Shown here: positions 37,160 to 49,486 of the stretch, piece after piece
Position numbering within the stretch: position 1 is the stretch's first letter
Layout: every line of letters begins with the position of its first letter
From: Folioceros fuciformis
Lineage: Eukaryota
DNA: 62,532 nt
Direction of reading: 5' to 3'
NCBI GenBank assembly: GCA_049999805.1
Contig: JBNGIO010006279.1
Coordinates: forward strand, 1 to 62,532
The notes under the pieces: model-generated
The model's input: only the letters and a program-made list of their open reading frames with translations
Told to the model about the DNA's origin: nothing
Databases searched by the model: none
Program-made: the position numbers and the translations under genes

Positions 37160-38638
37160 CTATGGTTGGGCATCTTTGTTTGGCTTGAAAGTGATAAGCC
37201 CAACCAATGGCGCTCTAGGCATGTCGCTGGTTGGGATCTCTCCCAACCATTCCCAAAACCCATGGATATAGTCGAACATCACTATGTTTGGAGAAGAGGT
37301 GATCTCACCTTGGGTGAAGTAGATAGCGCGTTCATCAGCATCCAGAACGCTGGAGTCTTTGCAGAACCGAGCGTAGAAGGATCTGGATGTGCGCAGGTTA
37401 CGTAAGAGCTCATCTGGCATATCCGACATCCGTTCCCATCTCGGCTGCTGGTGCTGGGTGTCCAAATTATGCCCTACCAACTCCAAAACTCGCAAGAAAC
37501 TGATGTTCGGTTTACCAGCTGAGTCCGTCTTATACACTCTTTTGCTGCGTCCGAGGGCCAGCGGTCTCCCATGTAAGTCCGTTATCTGTACAATTTGGCT
37601 GCCTGTGACCGTCACGATCCCCCTTTCACCAAGTATGTCCGATATCCATATTCTTTCGCTGCGTGTTCTGGCCGTCGGCGTAGCAACTAAGTCCGTCACC
37701 AGTTTTCTTTCGCTGCCTTTGACAACTACGAAGATCCTATCGCCACACCCAGCCAGCGTCATGCTTAAAAACTGGCCTTCAATGTCCAGATTTTCAGAGG
37801 AAATTTCATGAATGAAGGTCCACTCCTGAGCCTCAACATCGAATCTCCAGATGTACATGCTGGCGTTACCAACAATTGTCGTGGTTCTGCCTCTGAAGAG
37901 GCAGTATAATTTTCCTCCCGAGCAACACTTCCTGATGCTTAGAATACAGTTCCGCCTCGGGTTTACCAGTGTAGGCCAAGAATTGCACGTCCTCCATTCT
38001 CCCCACCTAGAACGAAAAATGACCATCCTCGGAGTCACGATCCCGATGAAGAGCAGAATGCTGTATTCTTGGGCTGCGTTGCGGTCGTCCTCCGACTGAA
38101 CCATCTTCAGTAGTTTCAGTTGTGAATCATTCTCTTCCCAAAAGGGCAATCTTCGTTTTGTATGTGGCGACAGCGGGTTAACCACCTCCACGTAATGCCG
38201 GTACCGTTGGAACCTGTTTCTCCCTAAAACCCGCACACATCTCCACAAAACCAAAAGCCCGTTATTCCCTGCTTCCAACAGGTCGTACCCGTCCCATGGA
38301 CCAACAGCAGGCCACGTTGGTACACGCTGTCGCAACCATCTTGTGTAGAGAGGATTGTGGATTTGTAGAATGTCATTACTACCATAAACATGTCCTGCTC
38401 TTACTGTCCTCAAAACTATCGCAGGCAAGAAACTGGAATACTTAACCAAGCAGGTACCAGTCGTCCGCACTTTACACGAGCTACATGCCTCTCGCCAACG
38501 CTTACACACCAGTTCTGCGGATAGGAGGTGGGAATAGCGCAAACACGGTAGAATGTGTTCCGAGAAAACATCGAATATCCCGTTATTCAAATCTTGCAAG
38601 CAATTCTTCTCCACCAACTCGCCCCCACCATCCATCAT
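37160..38638 (-). CDS. F-box protein, copy 3 (492 aa)
   Basis: Intact ORF with F-box LQDLNNGIFDVFSEHILPCLRYSHLLSAELVCKRWREAC. Confidence 0.9.
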   Translation of the reverse strand: MMDGGGELVEKNCLQDLNNGIFDVFSEHILPCLRYSHLLSAELVCKRWREACSSCKVRTTGTCLVKYSSFLPAIVLRTVRAGHVYGSNDILQIHNPLYTRWLRQRVPTWPAVGPWDGYDLLEAGNNGLLVLWRCVRVLGRNRFQRYRHYVEVVNPLSPHTKRRLPFWEENDSQLKLLKMVQSEDDRNAAQEYSILLFIGIVTPRMVIFRSRWGEWRTCNSWPTLVNPRRNCILSIRKCCSGGKLYCLFRGRTTTIVGNASMYIWRFDVEAQEWTFIHEISSENLDIEGQFLSMTLAGCGDRIFVVVKGSERKLVTDLVATPTARTRSERIWISDILGERGIVTVTGSQIVQITDLHGRPLALGRSKRVYKTDSAGKPNISFLRVLELVGHNLDTQHQQPRWERMSDMPDELLRNLRTSRSFYARFCKDSSVLDADERAIYFTQGEITSSPNIVMFDYIHGFWEWLGEIPTSDMPRAPLVGLITFKPNKDAQP

Positions 38639-41600
38639 GCCGGTGCACGCTGAAAATGTCGGCAGACCGTATCAAGTTGTAACAAACCCTTTTCTCTGTC
38701 TGCCGAGGACCTTCTGCAGGCAGAGCACAGTGTTACATACATCTCTCGATCTCGATTCTCCTGGAGAATCGAGATCGGGCAGGGGAATGGACAGGCAAAG
38801 TATCCGTTCCAGCCGTGGTTGCTTTGGCGTTCCACCTCCTTCAGGGTGAGATTCCCATCAGGTGACACTGAAGGCAGTCAGCATGTATTTTGCACGTGTG
38901 TGTGAGAAATATCAGCAGCACGCTTCAGGCCACCCGACTTGTCGTTCCAGGATAATAGTGATCGAGGAGTGGAAACGACACGCAAAATGTCTTTCCCAGC
39001 CTCGGTTTCTTCGGCGTTCCACCTTCCGGAATATTTCCGTATCCCGGCTTATCCCACCGCCTCTGAGGACGGGGCGAGGCGGGGCGGATCATGAAGATCG
39101 ATGTCGCACCAAGAACTGTGCTGATTAGACGCAAGGCCATAGCATCTGTTATCTGCTCTACATGTTGCGTTCCAGTCACCTTTAAAAGGGGAAGGCAATA
39201 GGCAGTAAAAGCTCCCTTATTATCCATCTTGAGGTGGCATTGATAACTGATCATTGCCCGACGTCGTCTGTGATCACTGAAGCCACCCAAGCCTGCATTA
39301 GATGCTGATTTCCTTTCCTGCTCGGCTCTGATTCAGCACACTGTCAGTCGCTTGTTCATGAGTTCTTGAAATGACTCACTACCAATCTGGATTTGGCTGT
39401 AGACTCTAAGGCGTTCTAAGGCTGTAGACACTGTTTTCAAGAAAAGCTAGCATAGTTGGGAGGCAGTTGTTCTGGCGGAGGGAACTCTGTGACAAGAAAA
39501 CGCTCTGGACATCGTCTCCAGAACAAAAAGCCTGTGCTTCATGGCATAGTTGGCAAGCATTTGTTTTGGTGAAGGGAACTGGGAGACAAGAAAACGTTGT
39601 GGACATCGTCTCCAGAACAAAAGGCCTGTGCTTCAGGGGACCTCAACTGACACCCCAGCAGAGTAACTGTGTCTGTCTCTGCCATCGCGTTCATCCATGT
39701 CAACACTGAAACGCATTCCAGTCGCACAGTCGTGTCATTTTCCAGTCGCGTAGCGGGTAGTATGAACACCTTATGGTCAAACTGCAAGCGAAAGCCGGGG
39801 CCAACAACAAAGCCAGAGCGCAAGACAAAGTCTGAAGGTCCTGTGAGTTAGATGGTGCATTTGATACGCCCGTATTTTGTCACGGAACAAACGATGGATG
39901 TCCAGGTTCAGATTTGCGAGTGTTTTTGTGTCGTCATTAGTTACTTACTCAGTTATCAAATTCCAAGGAGGTTTTTTTTTTCTTGGATATGATTGTTTTT
40001 GTCATGCACTTTTTTCTTTTGCGCTGCACCTTTTTTGGGGTTTGTCTAATATAATTTATGACTATTTTTGAGATTTTTTTTTTATGAGGATGTTTCAAGG
40101 CTTTATACACTAGCGGCTGCTATGGCAAGGGGCAAAGTTCTCTATCAAATCTCTTAATCCCTAACCCTTAAAGCCTACCTCAATAATGCACCTTATTGCT
40201 ATTGGGAAGGTATTTCCATACCTATCAGCCGAAGTATTGCAATTCAACTTCGGGAGCACTTCTAAGCATATCTTATACCTCACCAATTTAGGATTGCTAC
40301 CCTAGGTGGTGTGAATTTGCCGCCCTAAACATCTAGGTGGCCCTCGAGTTCCATCCTCATTGGATAGCTTTGCAAGTTGATATTGAGAATGCTTTCAACA
40401 TCCTCTCTAGGGTCGCCATCTTCTTAGAGCTTAAGAGTATAGGAGGTCAATTGGCAAGTCTTATCCCTTTCGTTCGCTCCTTCTATGGCTCGTCATCCAA
40501 GCTCTACTACCAACACAGCTCGATTATTGAGATCTCAGTTTTTAATTCAGCAACACGCACAAAGTAAGGGGATTCGCTGGGGAGTGCTCTTTTTGCAATG
40601 AGACATTTTCTAGCGTTGTCTTCTTTTGCCTTGGCATTTCAAGAATGTCTTTTCCCATATGTGGCTGATGACATGCATATTCTTAGGCAAGGAGTTACGG
40701 TCAAAGCAGCATTTTATTTCTTCTGGTTAGAGCTCTCCAAGATGGGGTTGAGGGTTAAGCTGTCCAAATGCAGGGTTTGGTCCTCTTCAGGCATTACTTC
40801 CTCCCTTCAATATTCAAGGATGGGGAGGGGGGGAGTATCACCACCTCATAGGGACTTCGAGTCTTAGGTGTTCCTGTGGGACCTCTTAAATTTGTTCATA
40901 GGTTTGTGGATGCAGCATTGGATGAAGACTTGGCTCATATCATGGACCTCTCATAAATCAGTGACCCTTAAATTGTAATTGGTATTCTATCTTCCTGTTT
41001 TGCACGGCGACCAAGTTATCTCATTAAAACTATTGCGCCTTCTCAAGTTTTCTTATCAAGTCTCAGGAAGTTTGACAATCAAGTTATGCATGCTCTTGCA
41101 GACATTATAGGTCCCGGCACCTTCGACTGTGTCATTGGTGATTTAGCTCAGAAGCAGCCTTCCTTGCCGGTCAGCGTTGGAGTGGTTGGCCTTTTGGCCA
41201 TGGAGGCATCTGCCCTAGCTGCCTTTCTCAATAATTGGGCCCTCTCGACTTCAATTTTGGCCCCTCGTTTTTTGCTACAAGATTCCCCTTAAGCGTTGAG
41301 GAGGGCATTATCCCTTTATAGGTATCTCTTAGGCAAGCGAGGGATTCTTTACCTTTGGAGGCTCGTGAGGTTGTACCTCCTTTTCTAAAGAAGGGTTGAG
41401 GGGTCTCCATGCTTCCCTCCTAGAAAAGCAATATGGTCAAGCACTAAGAGCCTTTCTTTCAGATTCATCATCCTTAGGTCTTCTCGGGCTCGTATTTGCT
41501 CTTGTTCAAGTAAAGGAGCGAAATCTTGGCCTTTGGCTTGGCCTTGGATCCAAGTGTTTCGAATCGCACCAGCAACTTTTGCCACGACGATGAGATTTTG

Positions 41601-42106
41601 CTTAGGTTTGGCCCACCACTTGGCCTTTTCTCTCTCTACAAGCAGTTGTGGGGTTGCCATTGTTGATACAAGGTCTCATTTGGCACGTTGTCCCATTTAG
41701 GGGCTCCGCATTGCCACCCATGATGCACTTCGAGATGTCATGTTCTCAATGGCTAGGGAGTGTGGGTTTCTTCCATACATGGAGCGTCCACATACTTTGC
41801 GCAATGGGATTTCACTTAGAGCCGTGTTTTTTTCACTAGGGGACAATAGGTTTGTGTCACTGATGTGGTTGTTACAAATCCCACTTGGGATTCAATCTAC
41901 GAACACGTTATCATCAACCCCTCTAGATGGGCGGCGGAGGGTTGTGCAAGCACCAAAATCCATAAATATTCTCTCCTGCAAGATGAGCATACTTTCATCT
42001 CCTTGCTCTTGAGACTCATGGAGATATGAGCAAGGGCTTTTCAAGGTTCAACAAGGAGTGTGTCAAGGTTTATCAGACTCATAGAAATGGTGTTCTCCCT
42101 CTTTCT

Positions 42107-45100
42107 TATAGGAATTCTGATAAACATCACCTGTTAGGCATTCTGTTAGACTGAAAGGAATGAACGCACCTTGCTGAAGAGTTGTGTCCCTTGAACTCCT
42201 ACAAGCACAAGCCTTCACACGAACGGCCTAAGTGTTGAGATATAGATGTGACACACTACTGAATACTATTATTTGTTCCGATCACTCCAATGATCGTGCA
42301 TGCGCTCATCCGCTTTTTATATGGTATTAGAGCAGTACCATCGATCCCATAGCCGGGCGTAGAATGCAATGCTACTTGAGACAACTATGGACAAAGGATG
42401 AGTTGCTCAACAAAACGGCAGATGACAATTTTCAATCCGTTGCATCCAAGAGGCTAAATCCTAGGACCCATACCTGCTTTCACCTGTACGTTTGCTTCCC
42501 TTAATCAGGTAGACTTCTGTACGATGGGGTCCTCCTATTCCATCAACAAACTTTTGAATTTCTTTGATGGGTCAAATTACCCCTCTTAGAGCAGGAAGAT
42601 AGAGGTGTTTCTCTTGCGAGAAGACCTCTTTAGTGTCGTTGACGGCATCGAAAAGCGCCCTGCCACTGCAACTGCAACCCCAGGCGGAACAATAAACCAC
42701 ACACCTATGTTAGAACCCTACAACAAGTTAGACAAGGACCTTAAGGACAGAAAAGCTCGTGCAAATCTGATGCTTTACATGAGAGATGCACAGAACGTTG
42801 TGAGGCACCTACCGACTTCCAAGGAGGTCTGGGATTGCCTAAAGAGCAAGTACGTGTTTGACAACGCTGTCAGCAAGGGCTACTTAACAAGAAAGTTCTA
42901 TAATCTTCAAGTGGAGGAGTCAGAACCTGTTGAGCACTTCATAAACACCTTTATGAACCTCAAGGATGCGGTGGAACTCACAGGCACCACAGTGTGTGAC
43001 CATGATGCCTCGGTGCAGATGCTCCAATCTATGCCACCCTCGTGGTCTGCTTTGGTCATAACACAAACTGTCAACCCCAGGCCCCTGGATGAGACAATTG
43101 CGCTGTTTAAGCAAGAAGAGCCGCGCCGCACAGGAGGCGATCCCTCCGTGTCTAAGGGCATAGCCCTTTACAGTACAGGTGCTAGAAGATTTGGCCCCTT
43201 TAGAGGACGTCCTTTGCAAGGCTCCCCTAGTAGAGGGACACCCCTCCTGCAAAACCCTAATGAAAAGCGAAAGCAATGGACTTGCTTCTACTGTAAGTTG
43301 CCTAGTCACCACATATGTGACTGTCACAAGAGGCTTGCGTACATGAAGAATCAATCTTCCAGCAGCGCCACCCATGGTGCCCGCCTCTTCATTGTTTGCG
43401 TGAACATCACCTTGGATTCTTGCACCTGGTTCATCGATTATGGAGCGACCAAGCACATGACTGGGCACAGAGAGTGGTTTGTCTCTTTTCACCCTAACAC
43501 TGTCAGGAGTTATGTGTATCTCGGTGACGATTCCCGGTGTGCAATCTAAGGCTCAGGTACTGTGGCTATCACCTTACCCGATGCACAGGTGAGAGAGCTC
43601 CACAATGTATTATTTGTTCCTCATTTGAGCAAGAATCTCGTCTTTGTTGGGTAAGCACTTGAGGCCGGCTTTACCTTTGTGTTTGCCCCTAACAAGTGTG
43701 CTCTTTTTTATCAATCTCACCAACTTGTGGCTCCATACCACAGGTTTGGCAGAGTGTTTGTCTTAGGCACAAGTCCCATTTTTAATGAGCGACATGTCCT
43801 CCAACAGCTAGAGGTGGGTAGTTTGACTCATCCCAATACCTCATTTAGCTCTTCTTTGTCCTCACAATCTAGCGACTTGTGGCATTTCAGGTTAGGGCAT
43901 GTAGGTGCACAGAGGATGAGAGCTTGCTGCAACATGACTACGTGATAGGTTTCCCATTGAAGTCTGTTGTAGACCTTACTTTCTGCCCAAGCTGCGCCTT
44001 GGGAAACAACAGAGGAAGAAATTCCCTATTGGTTCCCATAGAAGTCCTGAACCCCTTGTTCCCAAGGCCCTTCGTAGGAAATTGGATTCTAAGTCTCAAG
44101 AAGGCATCTTACTCGGATATTGTGAGACTGTGAAGGCATACCGTATTTATTTGACGGACTCTCAACGTCTCGTCTTTCCTTGTGACATTATTTTTAATGA
44201 GCAGCCGCTCTTAACCTCTCCTGTCATTGCGAAAGTATCTTCCTCGAGTGATGTATTTTCTCCAGATTCCCCTCATGGGGAGGACTTGAGCTCTAGTGCT
44301 TGGGGGGAGGATGAGTGGGAGCTTTATCACCTAGTCAAGCCCCAGAGCCAACAGTTGTTGCCCAACTGCCAACTCCTCCAGTTGTGCCTGCACTACCTGC
44401 GCCAATTCTTCCAGCTGCAGCTATGCTGCCTCTTGCCCCCTTGCCCATCATGGCTGCTCCTACCACTCCACCAATTGCTCAACCTCCTGACCCCGTTTTT
44501 CTATTCAGCAGTAACACTACTAGTGATCAAGATGAACCTATTTTTCCTTTTCCAGCTAAAGACATTACTTATGCCCCGAACTTGTCTTTACTGGTAGAAG
44601 AGCCTCCTGCGCTTTGGCGTTCCACAAGGCTAAGACAACCAAGCTGGAAAGTCCGAGACCATCTTGAGCAAGCTTCACTTACTTCTAACGTTATCCATTC
44701 TCCTCAGGAGGTACAGATTACATATTCACTTGAGCGCCTCCCCAACGAAGCTCGCGATTCTTACTTATGCTGAAGCACTCATGGCTTCACCGGATATCCA
44801 AGAGCCATCAAGTTATAAGGAGGCTATGTCTAGGCCGCAAGCATCCGAAAGGAAAAAGGCAATTGATGACAAGTTCCAGTCACTCAAAGACAATAAGACA
44901 TGGCGTCTTTGTGAATTGCCTGAAGGACGTTCGGCCGTGGGGAGTAAGTGGACATTTAAAATTAAGTATACAGCTGATGGCACAATCGAGCGCTATAAGG
45001 CTCGTCTTGTCGCACAAGGGTACACTCAAAGGGCCGGTGCTGATTACGATGCAAACCACCTCTTCTCTCCGGTTGTACAAAGAAGTTCCCTTCGCACTAT

Positions 45101-47630
45101 CTTGGCCCTAGCTACCATACATGATTGGGATGTTGTCCAATTAGCTGTCAAGACGACATTTTTGTACGGCCGTGTCAAGGAAGAAATTTACATGCGTCAA
45201 CCCTATGCATACGAAGAGAAGGGAAAGGAGTATCTTGTAAGCTTACTCTTAGGCAATATTTATGGTCTCAAGCAGTCCACCATCAATTGGAATGAGTTGA
45301 TCAATGAGGTCCTCATTGAGTTTGGATTTGTTAAATGCCCATCCGACGGTAATGTCTACGTTCTTAGGTGTGGGACTAGGCTTGTCATCCTACATCCGAC
45401 GGTAATGTCTACGTTCTTAGGTCTGAGACTGCTTAGGTCTGAGACTGCGCTTATCATCCAGCTCTCTATGTTGATGACTGCATTTTAGCTAGCAAAGACC
45501 ATTACCATGCTTAAGTCTAGATTTCGTATGGCCAATCTCAGAGATATACATTATTGTATAGGCATGAAAGTTACTCGAAATCGACATGATAGGTGGTTAC
45601 ATTTAAATCAAACTCAATATATTAAAAATACACTAACCAAGTTTAACATGATTGAGTGTAAGCCTGCTTCTACTCCTCTCGCGGTAGGAGCGTTTTTGAG
45701 TGCAGAACAAGCACCTAAGGATGATGAAGAGCATATGTACAGTCAAACCCCTCTAATTGGGACCCCTATAAATAGGAACCCCCTTTAAATGGAATGCCTG
45801 GGTTTACTCCCTTGAATGTGCTACATGCTACATGGGAAACCCTCTAATTTGTAAATGGGAACATGTCTCACAAAAATGCAATGCAAATACATCTCTGTAT
45901 AAGGGAAAATATATATTTAAAAAAAATAAAAAAAATGAGAAAATTATCTTATCGAGATTAAATAATGAGTTATTGAGATTATGTCAAGTTAAAGGCTATC
46001 TAGATTATATCATAAACCATAGATAGTCATCGAGATTGGACCTACATATGTAGTAGTTTTGTACACTATGCTTTGTGATCAGAACCATTGTTCTTACTAC
46101 ATAAGTTGTTTCATTGTACAAGTTGTCTTATGTTGTTGTAAATTGTGTTATGGTGTTGTAAGTTGTTGTCTTGCTGTGAGATATTTTGTATGTGTTCCTT
46201 ACCCATTCTCTTTGACGTGTAGGAACAATGCCGTCCAATTCGCCGCACAAGCATGCTACCCTAACAAAGCAATAAAAGAAAGAGGTTTGCACCAAGACCG
46301 CATACGACAAAGAATGCTGTAGATAATGCTATGAGGATAGCGAAGATGTTTTTGGAAGAGATGCCACATAACACTCTTGATGCTTTGAAGTTGCATTCTC
46401 AGTAGCAAAAACATATTGCTAGTCATTGGATGAAAGCAACTCAACATCAATCAAGAACTGATGATTATTTTAACCTGGCAAACTAGAATTAGGTTGGCAC
46501 CTATGTAGTATGAGGGAGCATTTTGGATTTTTTGGAAGCTTTTAAGCTCTTTCGAATTTTTGATTTAAAGGATTTTTAAATATCTTTTAAATATTTTTAT
46601 TTTCAAAAAAGTTGAAAATGCCTAAACGGGAATCCTTCTAAATGGGACGATTTTTGTTACTCCCAATTGTTCCCAATTAGAGAGGTTTGACTGTATATGG
46701 AGTCAATCCCTTATCAAGAGGCGGTTGGTCGTATCAATTGGATACACACCACTTCAAGGCCCGACCTTAGTCATGCCGTCCATGTTTTGGCCCAGCAAAT
46801 GGCCTACCTAGGACCGGCTCATTGGTCGGCACTCAAACGCACCCTGCGTTATCTTAAAGGTACCATGACTCATAGGCACCTGCACAGTGAGCCAGCGAAC
46901 AAAGTTCCTCACTACCCTCAATTATTCGCTTACACGGATGCCGATTGGGGGGAGATGTGGACTCGAAGAAATCGACCTCCGGATTCGCGCTGATGTTGTG
47001 CAATGCTGCCATCGATTGGGGCTCTAAGAGGCAAACCACCATAGCCCTTTCTTCTACGGAATCCGAATACATGGCAGCTACTCAGGCCACCAAGCTTGTG
47101 TTTGATTGAGTTCGTTTGCTAGAGGAGCTTGGTATGACACAAGTGAAGCCCGTGATAATTAAGATCGACAATCAATCCGCTTTGGCTGGGAACCCAAAGT
47201 TTAGCTCACGATCATAGCACGTCGATTTGCAATATCATTTTGTTCGTGAGAAATGTACAACAGGAGAGATCAAGCTCGAATATTGCCCAACTAAACATAT
47301 GGCAGCCGATATCCTTACCAAGAGTTTACCAATGGATAAGCACTTAGCCTGCAGCCTACTTGGTGTTCATTCGATAGTTTTCCCCTCAGCCTAACATGTT
47401 ATGTCTGAGTGGGAGTATAGGAATTCTATCACACATCACCTGTTAGATATTCCGTTAGACTGAAACAAATGAATGCACTTTGCTGAAGAGTCATGTCGCT
47501 TGAACTCCAACAGGCACAAGCCTTCACATGAACGACCTAAGTGCTAAGATATAGATGTGATACACTACTGAATACTATTATCTATTCCGATCACTCCAGT
47601 GACCTTGCATACGCTCATCTGCTTTTTATA
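42107..47630 (+). mobile_element. Two-LTR but defective Ty1/Copia element with 215-bp TA...TA LTRs
   Basis: 5' LTR 42107-42321 and 3' LTR 47416-47630. TSD TTTCT at 42102-42106 and 47631-47635. PBS TGGTATTAGAGC (tRNA-iMet type) at 42322, PPT GAGTGGGAG. Encodes gag, knuckle CFYCKLPSHHICDC, protease WFIDYGATKHMT, RT YKARLVAQGY and RNase H. Confidence 0.96.
45740..46693. mobile_element. Non-autonomous Tc1/mariner (pogo-like) TIR element inside the Copia RT
   Basis: TIRs CAGTCAAACCCCTCTAATTGGGA and TCCCAATTAGAGAGGTTTGACTG. TA TSD at 45738-45739 and 46694-46695. Removing it restores the RT frame DDEEHMYMESIPYQEAVG. Confidence 0.93.
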
Positions 47631-48255
47631 TTTCTTCCATGGTGGCCTTCTTTCAAGAATGAGTATCCATTACTTTGCAAAGAGCATTGGCTATGCAATT
47701 TTTAGACAATGAATATCCATTCGACAATGAGTATCCATTACTTTCGACAATGAGTATTCATTACTTTGCAAAGCGTATTGGCTATACAGTTTTTTTAGAC
47801 AATGAATATCCATTACTTTGCAAAGAGCATTGGCTATGCGGGTTTTAGAAAAGGAACAAGCACAAGTCAAACAACTTCTTCTTGACTTCTTTAGCACTAG
47901 TGGTAAGTAGGTCTTTTTGGTTATTCCACATGATATTTTGAGAACAGTAAATAATTTTTGAGAAAGAGGTTTGAAGAGGCTAGTACCTTTTTTACCCTCC
48001 TCAAATTATTCCTCCAATCTTTGGAATAGAATTTTTTTCAATAATAAAAAAAATTCCTTAAACTATCACATCACAAGCCTCTACACTTAAGAAGAGTTAC
48101 AGGCATGTTGACTAGGGGATCCGAATCTCGCAATATATGCACACTTTGGCCTGGCTGCTTCCGTTCTCCATACATGATTTTCGAGTAACTGAGTCGCATA
48201 ACTGCATTGTAAACTTCATGGTCTCCACATCAAAGCTTCACGGATACAGAGAGCT

Positions 48256-48628
48256 CTATGGTTGGGCATCTTTGTTTGGCTTGAAAGTGAGGAGCCCCCA
48301 CATATGTCAATGTAAGCGTAACCGTTGTTAGATCTCTTCCAACGATTGTCAGGACAGGTGCATATTGACTAACTTCACTATGTCCTGAGACTGGATCTCC
48401 TCATCCTTGGAAAATTAGATAACGCATTCATCAGTATCCAGAATGCTACGTTCTTTTAGGATCTGAACGTATAAGGGCCTTTATGTGCGCAGCCTGCTTC
48501 AGAGGTCATCCGGCATTTCCCAGAAGCGTTCCCATCCCACCTGCTGGGTGGACAAGTTTTGTCTACCAACTTCCAAATTTGCACGAAACTGATGATCGGT
48601 GTACCAGATAGGTGCCTCTCATAAACTC
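48256..48628 (-). pseudogene. F-box paralog relic (C-terminal part only; F-box and middle deleted)
   Basis: Homologous to the 3' end of the intact copies (TFKPNKDAQP*). Jumps at ~48629 to sequence matching 31566 onward. The upstream unit continues to ~49460. Confidence 0.85.
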
Positions 48629-49486
48629 AGAGTGAGTGGAGGCAGTGAGCATGTAACCCTCACTCATCTGAGAAATACCAGCAGCACGCCTTACGCCACT
48701 CGAATTCTGCTAGCCATAGTGACATCAGGGCACAAAGACACCTGCTGATTGGGAACCGTGAGTCGGAAAATATTCCGTATCACACATTGTCCAACCATCT
48801 GTAGAAGTTGCCCGAGGCGGGAAGGCAATCTGCTGCAACATCTGTCTTATTATATGGGAGTGCCATTGATAACTGATTACTGCCCGGCGTCGTCTGCGAT
48901 CACTGATGCCACCAACCAAAGACCGCATCAGATTCTGATTGCCTTTCCTGCACGGCTATGATTCAGCATACTGTCAGCTGCTTGTTTATCTTCATATGGC
49001 TCACTACGAATGTGGATTTGATCCCTTTCTAAGGCTGTGGACACCGTTTTGGGGAAAAGCTAGCGTAGTTTGGATGCAATTATTGTGGCCGAGGGATCTC
49101 TGTGACAAGAAAAAGCTCTGGACATCATCCCCAGAAGAAAGGGCCTATGCTTCAGGGGACCTCAACTGATACCAAGCAGAAAAACTGTCGGTCCATGCCT
49201 TGTCAAGCGAAACGTCTCCAGAAATCATGAAACCCTAAACTGGCGAGTGTAGTCCGCATGATTTCCCAGTCGTATAACTGATAGTAGGCAAACTTCAGGG
49301 TCAGACGGCAAGTTACGAAGCTGAAAGCCGGAGTAACCATCCCAGCCAGATTCCAAGACAAAGCCTGGAGGGCAGTGGAGGCCCTGTGAGTCCTGTACTG
49401 CATTTCATACGCCCGTGACTTGTGACGGAACGTCCATCGTTAAGATTTGGCCGTGTTTTTCATTGCTTCCCTGACCAGACATGAAA

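Larger units (their letters stand above)
40100..47880 (+). mobile_element. Decayed non-LTR retrotransposon with RT plus restriction-like endonuclease (CRE-like), split by a Copia insertion at 42107-47630
   Basis: RT motifs LIAIG, YLIPHQFRIATLGG, LQVDIENAFN, (Q)GDSLGSALF, YVADDMHI, RVLGVPVG. Then HLARC...RIATHDALRDVMFSMARECG (knuckle leading into RLE). Resumes after the Copia with SMVAFFQE*VSITLQRALA. Ends approximate. Confidence 0.8.
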
